Shown: positions 1 to 8,446 of the stretch, piece by piece
Layout of the letters: each line of letters begins with the position of its first letter
Numbering within the stretch: position 1 is the first letter of the stretch
IMG/VR virus record: IMGVR_UViG_3300028862_000012
Span: 159,866-223,865 of that record
Direction: 5' to 3' (one strand)
DNA length: 64,000 bases
Translations under genes and position numbers: made by a program
Notes under the pieces: generated by a model
The model's database searches: none
What the model was told of the DNA's origin: nothing
Seen by the model: only the letters and a program-made list of their open reading frames with translations

Positions 1-25
1 GACTTAAAGCTGGAATAAATATATT

Positions 26-259
26 ATGAATAATAAAAGAATTTCTACTTTTGTAGATAACGAGTGGTATGCTTTTTATAGGGATGTTGATAAAGATTAC
101 ATTTGTAATCAAAGTATACTTACTATACTAGAACTATTTTACAACTACCTAAATGACAAGTCAGAGTATTGTAAAAAGCTCATGGACTACTACAATTTAA
201 TTTCAGATAAATATAAAGCTGACTATTGGAAAGAAAGATACGAAAAGGAAATAAAATGA
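26..259 (+). CDS. Hypothetical protein; codons 5-11 overlap a Cas12a repeat handle
   Basis: ORF track, 77 aa; ATGA overlap with next ORF. Confidence 0.7.
   Translation: MNNKRISTFVDNEWYAFYRDVDKDYICNQSILTILELFYNYLNDKSEYCKKLMDYYNLISDKYKADYWKERYEKEIK
40..58 (+). repeat. Solitary Cas12a (type V-A) repeat handle AATTTCTACTTTTGTAGAT
   Basis: Matches the conserved 19-nt 3' end of V-A repeats (AATT-TCTAC-loop-GTAGA-T); identical to the copy at 45912-45930 (-). Confidence 0.75.
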
Positions 260-504
260 TTTTAAAAGACTATCTAGAAAATACCTATACAATAGGCGAA
301 TTAATAATGCTTGATGATTGGTTTAATGGTGATGAAAATTATTCTACTTGGTGCGAAGTTTGTGTTACTTCCATAATGAAAGGAACAGATTTTGATGATT
401 TAAAAGAAATCTGTGTATGTGTAAAAACATTAATTATTAAAAAACTAAAATATGCTTTATCTAGTATTCATGGTAGTGAGATATACTTTAAGGAACAAAT
501 ATGA
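256..504 (+). CDS. Hypothetical protein
   Basis: ORF track 226..504; ATG at 256 overlaps the previous stop. Confidence 0.65.
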   Translation: MILKDYLENTYTIGELIMLDDWFNGDENYSTWCEVCVTSIMKGTDFDDLKEICVCVKTLIIKKLKYALSSIHGSEIYFKEQI

Positions 505-734
505 GTAAACAAGCTGATTTATTTAATCAGTGGAAATTTGAATGTGATAAAATGAAAAACACAATTAATGTTATTCAAAATGACTTTGACAGAATGCTTA
601 CAGACGGTAGTTGTACTAAGCAGGATATAGAAAGTTCCATTAACGATTTTAAGGAAATGTTTAAATATAATATTGCTAATTTTGAAGAACTAGAACAGCA
701 TGTTTGTGAGTTGCTATGGGAGAAATCAAGATGA
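501..734 (+). CDS. Hypothetical protein
   Basis: ORF with ATGA coupling at both ends. Confidence 0.7.
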   Translation: MSKQADLFNQWKFECDKMKNTINVIQNDFDRMLTDGSCTKQDIESSINDFKEMFKYNIANFEELEQHVCELLWEKSR

Positions 735-1150
735 ATAGTGAACCAGTGGATAACAGTGAAGTAGTACATAGCCTCTTTGGTACTAAAAAAGAAGTAATAA
801 ATAATCGTGAAATTTATGGTGTTGATATAGGCGATGTATACTATCATTATGAAACTATAGGAAGTGTCTATTGGGGTATGAAGAAGTTCACAATTAAAAA
901 AGTTGGAACAGGTTGTATGTGTTATACTCCTTTTTATGTTGAACTTGAATTTACTAATAATGATGGAGAAATAAGTTGTCATCATGTTAGTTCAGAAGAA
1001 TTAGTTAAAGATTTTTCCGTAACTGAAAAAGAAGCATAGATTAAATATAGTAAACATATAGATAGAGAAATACTTCATTTTAAAAAAATTATTGAAGATT
1101 ATAATATATCTAAGATAGAAGTAGAAAATAAAATTAAGGAGTTAGTATGA
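731..1150 (+). pseudogene. Hypothetical protein with a probable internal TAG at 1037-1039
   Basis: Frame stays open 36 codons past the TAG to a TGA (1148-1150) overlapping the next ATG. Confidence 0.5.
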
Positions 1151-2049
1151 ATATAGAATTTTATGGAGTACGTGGTAGTTATTCTGTTCCCGGTTTATCT
1201 ACTGTAAAATATGGTGGTAATACAACTTGTGTTAGTATTTCTACAGTATATAATGATAAAATAATTCGTATTATTATAGATAGTGGAAACGGCATAATTC
1301 CTTTGGGCAAAAAAATGATTAATAATTATTTTGCTAAAAAAGAAAATCTTATAGCTACCCTTTTGTTTACTCACTTGCATCCAGATCATACACAAGGATT
1401 TCCTTTCTTTTCACCTAATTTCTTTTCAAACTGTGAACTACACTTAATGGGAATGAAAACTTTAAAAAAGAATATTGGAAATATCTTAGAACAAGATATG
1501 AACCAGCCTACATTTCCCATAGAATATAAAGATTTAAAATCAAAGAGATTTCATTATGAAGTAGTTGATGGACAAACTTTTTATATCGATATTACTGGAA
1601 AGCCCATAATGATAAAAAATGAGCAGGCCTTGTTTGAAGTAAAAATTATGCAGTCATATTCACCGTCCCATCCACAGCAGGGTGCAGATTATTATAGAAT
1701 AACTGAATTATTGTCTGGTAAAAGTGTAGCGTGTATATGGGATTTGGAGTCACACTATGGTGGTGATAAGCGCGTTATTTCTTTTGCAAAAGATTGTGAT
1801 ATAATGATTCATGATACACAATATACAGATGAAGAATATAATAATGATAAAATAGTTGTGCAAGGTTTTGGACATTCTACTTATTCAATGGCTATTGATA
1901 ATGCTACTCAAGCGAATGTAAAAAAATTAATTTGTATGCATTATAATCCAAACCATTCTGATGATACACTTGATAAAATTTCAGAATCATTAATTAGTAA
2001 AGATTTAGAAATAGTATTTTCAAAAGAAAATATGGAAATAGAAGTTTAA
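1147..2049 (+). CDS. MBL-fold metallo-hydrolase (RNase Z / cyclic-nucleotide phosphodiesterase-like)
   Basis: THLHPDH (HxHxDH), IDSG, IMIHD and GFGHS...MHYNP motifs. Confidence 0.9.
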   Translation: MNIEFYGVRGSYSVPGLSTVKYGGNTTCVSISTVYNDKIIRIIIDSGNGIIPLGKKMINNYFAKKENLIATLLFTHLHPDHTQGFPFFSPNFFSNCELHLMGMKTLKKNIGNILEQDMNQPTFPIEYKDLKSKRFHYEVVDGQTFYIDITGKPIMIKNEQALFEVKIMQSYSPSHPQQGADYYRITELLSGKSVACIWDLESHYGGDKRVISFAKDCDIMIHDTQYTDEEYNNDKIVVQGFGHSTYSMAIDNATQANVKKLICMHYNPNHSDDTLDKISESLISKDLEIVFSKENMEIEV

Positions 2050-2059
2050 GGAGTAAAGC

Positions 2060-2335
2060 ATGGGAATGGATAAAGATTGTGAGAAAGCAGAAGGATCAAT
2101 ATCTTTATTGTTAAAAGATATTTTTAGTGCATTGAAAGAATCAGACGCGATTATTAGTAATAGCTATGATAGGTTTCATGATGTAATAAAGAATGTTCCT
2201 GATACAGAGGCACCTAATGAAGAAAAAAGGCTGGAGAAAGAATCATATTTAGCTGAAAGTCTTTATAAAATCAAAGAAGAAATAGTTAGAATAAATAATT
2301 GTTATATTGATTTTAATTCAAAATGTGATTTGTAA
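2060..2335 (+). CDS. Hypothetical protein
   Basis: ORF with AGGAG RBS. Confidence 0.7.
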   Translation: MGMDKDCEKAEGSISLLLKDIFSALKESDAIISNSYDRFHDVIKNVPDTEAPNEEKRLEKESYLAESLYKIKEEIVRINNCYIDFNSKCDL

Positions 2336-2349
2336 ATTAAGGTGCTATT

Positions 2350-2670
2350 ATGGATTTTTCAGCATTAGACACAGAGCAGAAGGAAAAGCTTGATACTACA
2401 CTACAGGCTTTTTATGAGTACAAAGTACTTGCACGAGACAACACAGCAAGTGCAAATGAATTGATTAGTAATCTTATTGATGATTTTATTCCAAAGATTG
2501 AAAAAGGCACTAAAGCAAGTAGAGCAGATAAGGAAAATAATAAGCAGGAGCGAAAGGAAGCAAAGCAGACTATTGGCGATATCGTTCGTGAATTCATGCG
2601 CGAAAAGGATAGTAAGCCCGATACTACTCCTGAAGCTAGACAGGCTTATGAAAATTTGAAAAATAAGTAA
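2350..2670 (+). CDS. Hypothetical protein
   Basis: ORF track; phage-like spacing. Confidence 0.7.
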   Translation: MDFSALDTEQKEKLDTTLQAFYEYKVLARDNTASANELISNLIDDFIPKIEKGTKASRADKENNKQERKEAKQTIGDIVREFMREKDSKPDTTPEARQAYENLKNK

Positions 2671-2737
2671 AACAGTGTATGTAAAAATATCTATGTAAAA
2701 AAGTTTTTATTCAGAATATGTTTTATAAGGAGTTTAT

Positions 2738-3175
2738 ATGAAAACGGAAAATGAGATTAAGCGTGGGATTAAAACAACTATTAATCCAATGATGAGAAAG
2801 CTTTCTGAAAGTTTTTATTCTGGAAGTAGTCAATTGAAGTGTAAGGAACTTTATGATGTAGTTAAGTCACAGCTTAAAGCTTCTGATTTTATTAGTCAGC
2901 AGAACATTATTGAATATAAAGGGTATAAGCTTAAAGTTCGTTTTGCAGGTCAGAAGAATTGGTGATTTTCTCAGGTCTATGATGGGAACTTTTATGACTA
3001 TGATCTTTATATTCGATTCTTTAATAATGAAGATAAAGGTGTATATCTGATTAATAAGGACTATTTTAAATCATTAAAGGGAAGCAAGGCTCATGCACCT
3101 TGTAAAACTATAAAATCTTTTAATCCATCAAAAAGTGATAGAGAAGATATTGTAACTATGTATAAGGTATGTTAA
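2738..3175 (+). pseudogene. Putative endonuclease-like partner of the methyltransferase, interrupted by in-frame TGA at 2963-2965
   Basis: Frame continues FSQVYDGNFYDYDLYIRF...MYKVC to TAA 3173-3175, directly upstream of the MTase; nuclease function is inferred from position. Confidence 0.5.
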
Positions 3176-3188
3176 TATAGGAGACATT

Positions 3189-3971
3189 ATGATAGCGGAT
3201 AAGTTTTACACTGATCCGCTTTTAGCAAAGCATTTAATAGAAGTAACTAATTCAAAAATAGATTTTAGTAAGTTTGATGTTCTTCTTGAGCCTTCTGCTG
3301 GAAGTGGTAGTTTTTATTTTAATTTAGATAAATCTAAGCGTTTAGGATTAGACTTGTATCCTGATGCAAATGAAATACTTGAGCAAGATTTTTTTACTTT
3401 TAAGTATGATAGTAATAAAAAATATATAACAATTGGTAATCCTCCCTTTGGAAGAGTAAGCTCTATGGCTGTAAAGTTTTTTAATACAGCAAGTAATTTT
3501 TCAGAGTATATATGTTTTATAGTACCTCGTACTTTTAAACGAGTGTCAGTACAGAATAGATTAAACTTAAACTTTCATTTAATCTATGAAGAAAATATTC
3601 CTGCTAATAGTTTTACCCCTTCTATGAATGTAAAGTGTGTGTATCAAATATGGGAACATAGAAAGCAAAAAAGAAACATAGTCATTCTACCAAGTTTTAC
3701 TAATGATTTTAAATTTGTTTCTATAGCTAATAAGGATAATGCTGACTTTGCTATGTTGGCTTATGGGGGAAAATGTGGAAGAATAGAAAGAGTTATTCCT
3801 ACTACCGGCTTGCGTAGTTGGCATTTTATAAAAGTAATTAATGATAAAAATGTAGAAGAAATCATAGCAAGACTGAATAGCTTAGATTATTCCATTTGTG
3901 AAGATACAGCGCGACAAAACAGTATTGGGATGAAAGAAGTTTGTGAATTATATAATAATAAATATACATAA
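3189..3971 (+). CDS. SAM-dependent DNA amino-methyltransferase
   Basis: Motif I EPSAGSGSF, motif IV GNPPFG, N-terminal DKFYT. Confidence 0.9.
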   Translation: MIADKFYTDPLLAKHLIEVTNSKIDFSKFDVLLEPSAGSGSFYFNLDKSKRLGLDLYPDANEILEQDFFTFKYDSNKKYITIGNPPFGRVSSMAVKFFNTASNFSEYICFIVPRTFKRVSVQNRLNLNFHLIYEENIPANSFTPSMNVKCVYQIWEHRKQKRNIVILPSFTNDFKFVSIANKDNADFAMLAYGGKCGRIERVIPTTGLRSWHFIKVINDKNVEEIIARLNSLDYSICEDTARQNSIGMKEVCELYNNKYT

Positions 3972-3983
3972 TAAAAAAGTTTA

Positions 3984-3992
3984 TAACTATTA
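3984..3992 (+). promoter_or_regulatory. TAACTATT motif upstream of the tmRNA-like gene
   Basis: Recurring intergenic motif; the 8-mer ends 8 nt before G1 of the RNA. Confidence 0.5.
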
Positions 3993-3999
3993 GTTAGTA

Positions 4000-4104
4000 G
4001 GGGTATATTTGGTTATCGATTTAGTGGTTGATTGAAGCGACGAAAGGCCCATATTACGAAAGCTTAGACTGCTAAAGACCGGAGTTCAAATCTCCGATGC
4101 TCCA
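4000..4104 (+). ncRNA. Miniature tmRNA-like RNA (tRNA-like domain only; Ala identity; CCA not encoded)
   Basis: Acceptor GGGGTAT/ATGCTCC-A with G3:U70 and A73; T-arm CGGAG-TTCAAAT-CTCCG; stemless tmRNA-type D-loop ATTTGGTTATCGA; helix 4021-4029/4067-4075; GAC linker; only ~37 nt inside. Confidence 0.8.
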
Positions 4105-4126
4105 ATAAAGTATAAAAGGAATAGTT

Positions 4127-4807
4127 ATGATTTTACAAGAAAAAGAGTTTGAAATTACAAACAAAGATTTACAAGAAAGTTTTCCAGAATTATATGAAAA
4201 ATATAAAGAAACCTTTGGTAGTAAGCGCCCTGATATAAGCGTAGAGATACAGGATGAATATAACTTTCATGTTTCTGTAACTGATTGGCAATCTGATTAC
4301 TGGAATCCAGTTATTTATTTCTTTTTGCATGATGGTAAAGTTGCTTATTTTGATGCAGGAGTAGATGGTGGAAAGGGTAATTTTCCTTTTGGAAAGTATA
4401 AATTAGGTGATTCAGATGCAATATTAGAATGTTATACTAAAAGTTTTAATCGTTGTAATCTAATAGTAAATAGTCATTTTATAAATAAACAAGCATTACC
4501 CGTATCAGAAGATTTAGACTTTGCAGAAGAGTATGTTTTGTGTTTAATGCATATGTATAAAGCAGCATTTAGACGTAAGAACTTTTTAAGCTATATTTAT
4601 GATGGTAATTATACTGTAGATAATTGGAAACGTCCTATTAAGGAAGTGAAAAAAGCTGTGTTACAGTATGGAAACTACAAAGATGAAGCCTATGATGCAA
4701 TATTACTTTCGTTGCAGATGAAAGATTTAGTTGTAATAAATAGTGCAGGAAGTTCAAGACTTACAAATAAAGGAACAAATATAGCTATTCAATTGAACGG
4801 AAGATAA
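4127..4807 (+). CDS. Hypothetical protein
   Basis: 226-aa ORF. Confidence 0.75.
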   Translation: MILQEKEFEITNKDLQESFPELYEKYKETFGSKRPDISVEIQDEYNFHVSVTDWQSDYWNPVIYFFLHDGKVAYFDAGVDGGKGNFPFGKYKLGDSDAILECYTKSFNRCNLIVNSHFINKQALPVSEDLDFAEEYVLCLMHMYKAAFRRKNFLSYIYDGNYTVDNWKRPIKEVKKAVLQYGNYKDEAYDAILLSLQMKDLVVINSAGSSRLTNKGTNIAIQLNGR

Positions 4808-4836
4808 ATATTTATACTCATATTTTTAATCCCTTA

Positions 4837-4848
4837 TAACTATTATAG
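4837..4848 (+). promoter_or_regulatory. TAACTATTATAG motif (putative phage late promoter)
   Basis: Intergenic, upstream of the operon leading to the tail fibre. Confidence 0.55.
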
Positions 4849-4882
4849 TGACACATTATAATTTATAAGGGATATTTATTTT

Positions 4883-5629
4883 ATGGACTTAGACTTTTTA
4901 AAAACTCCGTGGGGATTTGGTAGTGTAACAGTAGTAACAGCAGGACTTTGTTTTATTTTATATCGTGTTGGTTATATAGCTTTTGGAAAGTTTCAAGCAG
5001 GTAGAAAAGAAAAAGAAAAAGAAATATCTCCTCATGCTAGTTGCCCTCATTCAAAGGACATTATGGATATTATACATCGAACGGCAGATCATTATGAAAA
5101 AGTCCAGAACTTAAAATCCTCTATAATTAAAGAGCAAATGAGATACTATGAAGAGATTGAAGAAGAAGTATTAGGACATTTAAAACATATCTTTACAAAA
5201 TTAATATCAAATAAATTATCTAATAATGAGCAGTTTATTACTCATTCTGATTATGGCTACTATATGCTTATTTTAAAAGTTATATTTTCTGATTTAAAAT
5301 CCTATGTTAGAAACTTGTTTTTAGTTAATCATTATATAACCTATTCAATAGAAGATCAGCAAGATTATATTGAAAAGAAAAAAACTATTATAGTACAGAA
5401 AATATCAGAATCCATAAATGACTATTGGCGTGGATCATTAATAACATGCACTGAAATTTATGAAAAAAATAAAGAACAATTATCTTTTTTTGAAAGTCAA
5501 ATAAAAGATGTTTTTAATCGAGCATTCTTTACTGCTCGTGAAGTTAATACTGCAATAATTAAAATGGAAGAAAGTTATCAGAATTATATAGATTCTATAG
5601 TTGGAGTTTCTGATGAGAATAAGGAGTAA
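4883..5629 (+). CDS. Membrane-anchored hypothetical protein
   Basis: N-terminal hydrophobic segment GSVTVVTAGLCFILYRVGYIAF. Confidence 0.65.
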   Translation: MDLDFLKTPWGFGSVTVVTAGLCFILYRVGYIAFGKFQAGRKEKEKEISPHASCPHSKDIMDIIHRTADHYEKVQNLKSSIIKEQMRYYEEIEEEVLGHLKHIFTKLISNKLSNNEQFITHSDYGYYMLILKVIFSDLKSYVRNLFLVNHYITYSIEDQQDYIEKKKTIIVQKISESINDYWRGSLITCTEIYEKNKEQLSFFESQIKDVFNRAFFTAREVNTAIIKMEESYQNYIDSIVGVSDENKE

Positions 5630-5631
5630 GA

Positions 5632-5988
5632 ATGTCAATAATTATAGATGATACATTGTCTGGTAACTTAACATTTAATTTAGCAAGTGGCGAAGAAAAG
5701 TATATACAAGTTAACAGTAATATATATTCTTGTATTTTATCAACAAAGATGTTAGATAGTGGAGCAACATTTAGCTTAAAAAGTGCAATGGAATCTTCCG
5801 AATTTATAAAAGAAAATAATTTAGAAGCAAGTGATATTCAATGGGAGAATATAAAGATAGAAGGAATAGAATATACAGAGGTAACTGTAGATATACTTTC
5901 TATAACCTTTTTAAGTCCAAGTATTTTATATTTTAAAAATACTTCAGCAACTCAAATAATACGATTTTCTTTACGGGGGATTAGATAA
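5632..5988 (+). CDS. Hypothetical beta-rich protein, probably virion-associated
   Basis: ORF coupled to the tail fibre gene. Confidence 0.55.
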   Translation: MSIIIDDTLSGNLTFNLASGEEKYIQVNSNIYSCILSTKMLDSGATFSLKSAMESSEFIKENNLEASDIQWENIKIEGIEYTEVTVDILSITFLSPSILYFKNTSATQIIRFSLRGIR

Positions 5989-8150
5989 TGGGTGGAGTAT
6001 GGGATTTTACGAAAGGTGGATTATCGTTTCAGCAAGAGCAAGCAATAGCCTTAAATACATTTGTCCGTCATTCTCATACAAATAAGCTAATACTCGACAA
6101 TACTGAAGCTTCTTATACTTCTGCTGAAAAAATAAAATTAGGAAATTTAACAGACTCTTTTAAGGGTGTATTTAGTAATCAAGCATCAATAGTAGCGGCT
6201 TATCCCACACCATCTTCAGGATGGAGTGCTTGGAATTCAGCAACCAGTACAATATGGGCAGTAAGTAATTCCGCTTGGATAAATTCTGGAATAGCTTCTA
6301 TAGGTAATATGCTTCAAACTGTTTATGATCCTCAATCAATAGGTAAAGACTCATTTAGTAGAGCAAATCATACAGGTAGTCAATTAATTTCTACTATAAC
6401 AAACTTAGGAAGCGCAAGTGTTGATTCGTCAGGAAGCTTATCATTACCTTCTAATTTAACTGTTACATCAAAAATAACTTCTTCCAGTTTAGTTTCTTCA
6501 AATTTAATTTTAGGAAATGCTTCTACTTCAACACATACTTTGCACATACAGGGAATTAATAATGGTGTTGCTGGTATATATTTATCAGATGCCGTTCCTA
6601 GTAGTGTTAGTTATTCATTATATAATGATAGTGGCACTTTAAAATGGAATGGAACTGCTATAGGAATGGGATCAAGTATATCAGGTACAACCAGATATAT
6701 AGGTTTATTTACTGCCTCAAATGCTATTGGTGCTTCTGGTATATATCAAGATGCAAATAATAATATTGGTATTGGAACTATTACCCCCGGAGCAAAACTT
6801 GGTGTAAAAGTTGGTACAAATCAAGATTTTTCTGTTACGAGTACAAACGGAGTATTAAATTTACAATCTGTAAATGATGCATGGGACATATATAAACCTT
6901 TATATATTGATGGTAGCACCATTGCGTTTAATGCTAATGGTGGAGGGTATGTAGGAATTGGAACGACAAATCCCTTAGCCAGATTAAATATTAATGATGG
7001 TGGATCTTCCTCACTTTTACTTGGTGATAATGTTACCACTGGCAAATCAGCTTTTGCTATAAGTTTATCTTCTGCTACTAATGGTTATACTAGTTTACAA
7101 GCTATTTCTGCTGGTGGTTCTAGTTATGGAAATATCATACTTAATACCTTAGGAGGAAACGTCGGCATTGGAACAATTAGTCCTGATGCTAAACTTAGTG
7201 TGAATGGCAGTATATCAACAATGACTTCTGTTGCGGGTATTGCTGGATCACAAACTCTTGGTGATATAAACTTGGCTGTAGATACTGGTGATGCTGGACA
7301 TCGTACTCGTGTCTTTGCATTTAGTAATTCATCAGATTTAGTAGCATTTGGTTATATGGATACTATTACTGAATCAGGAGGAGCATCTTCTGTTGTGTTT
7401 GGTTCTGGATTTGGAGGTGCTGGAGACGTTCTTTATATTAATAACAAGAGTGGTAATGTTGGTATTGGAACAACGAGTCCTCCTTGTTCATTAACATTAG
7501 GTGATTCTTCTTGTGGAACATGGGATAGTAATTATAGAGTAATAGATCTACTTGGTTGTGGTACTATATTGGGAAGTCATAATAGTACTGGTTGGTCTGG
7601 AACAGGGTATGGCCAGACAGCTTGGGCAAACAATACATATTATAATGGAACAAGCAAAGCAATAGGTACTGGTGCTGCAAGTTCAATATTACAAGGTACA
7701 GGGCAAATTGAATTTCAAGTTGCTCCATCCGTGTCTGCTAGTGCTACTCAAACATTCATTTCTGCTATGCATATCAATAATTCTGGTTATGTAGGTATTG
7801 GAACAAATAGTCCATTACAGCCATTGCATGTAGCATGGGCCGATCAAAGTCACTCAAGAATAAGAATTCAAAACACCAATAGTGCTGATGGTGGAAGACC
7901 CTTTGAATTAGTAGCTGGGATTAATACCGTAAGTCAAAGTGGGTTTAGTATTTATGATGCCAGTGCTTTAGCAACAAGATTAGTTATAGATAATAATGGC
8001 AGAGTGGGGATTGGTACTATATCCCCCACTTCGCCCCTACAGGTCATAGGTGTTTCAGTATTCGCCGACAACGCCGCCGCAACCACCGGAGGCCTTACCG
8101 CCGGAGCCTTTTACCGGACATCGACTGGTCAGTTAATGTGTGTTTATTAA
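5988..8150 (+). CDS. Tail fibre-like protein
   Basis: 720 aa, Gly/Ser/Thr-rich, six GxxGIGTxxP repeats, C-terminal FADNAAA..GGL..GAFYRT motif. Confidence 0.8.
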   Translation: MGGVWDFTKGGLSFQQEQAIALNTFVRHSHTNKLILDNTEASYTSAEKIKLGNLTDSFKGVFSNQASIVAAYPTPSSGWSAWNSATSTIWAVSNSAWINSGIASIGNMLQTVYDPQSIGKDSFSRANHTGSQLISTITNLGSASVDSSGSLSLPSNLTVTSKITSSSLVSSNLILGNASTSTHTLHIQGINNGVAGIYLSDAVPSSVSYSLYNDSGTLKWNGTAIGMGSSISGTTRYIGLFTASNAIGASGIYQDANNNIGIGTITPGAKLGVKVGTNQDFSVTSTNGVLNLQSVNDAWDIYKPLYIDGSTIAFNANGGGYVGIGTTNPLARLNINDGGSSSLLLGDNVTTGKSAFAISLSSATNGYTSLQAISAGGSSYGNIILNTLGGNVGIGTISPDAKLSVNGSISTMTSVAGIAGSQTLGDINLAVDTGDAGHRTRVFAFSNSSDLVAFGYMDTITESGGASSVVFGSGFGGAGDVLYINNKSGNVGIGTTSPPCSLTLGDSSCGTWDSNYRVIDLLGCGTILGSHNSTGWSGTGYGQTAWANNTYYNGTSKAIGTGAASSILQGTGQIEFQVAPSVSASATQTFISAMHINNSGYVGIGTNSPLQPLHVAWADQSHSRIRIQNTNSADGGRPFELVAGINTVSQSGFSIYDASALATRLVIDNNGRVGIGTISPTSPLQVIGVSVFADNAAATTGGLTAGAFYRTSTGQLMCVY

Positions 8151-8164
8151 ATTATTTTAGTTTT

Positions 8165-8176
8165 TAACTATTATAG
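8165..8176 (+). promoter_or_regulatory. TAACTATTATAG motif (putative phage late promoter)
   Basis: Identical 12-mer to 4837-4848; intergenic. Confidence 0.55.
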
Positions 8177-8199
8177 TATAAGTATTTTAAGGAGACCGT

Positions 8200-8433
8200 A
8201 TGAAGTTTACAGTAGATAGTGAAGCGAAAAAGGCATTACAGGACTTGTGTGATATTGCATTAAAGACAGGCGGAATTCAGAACTTAGTTGCAGTACAAGT
8301 TATTTTATCAAATGTTCAGGATATAGAAAAAGTTGATAATACTGAAAAAGAAACTGATAAAAATTTAGATAAAAAGAGTTCAAATAAAAAGAGTTCGGAT
8401 ACAAGTTTAGATAAAAAAGAAGTAGCTAAGTAA
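8200..8433 (+). CDS. Small protein, possibly a tail assembly chaperone
   Basis: ORF between two fibre genes with AAGGAG RBS; function from position only. Confidence 0.45.
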   Translation: MKFTVDSEAKKALQDLCDIALKTGGIQNLVAVQVILSNVQDIEKVDNTEKETDKNLDKKSSNKKSSDTSLDKKEVAK

Positions 8434-8446
8434 TTTAGAGGTAGTA

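Noticed and set aside
4000-4104. Ordinary tRNA-Ala
   Set aside because: No convincing D-stem or 7-nt anticodon loop; the layout matches the tmRNA tRNA-like domain.
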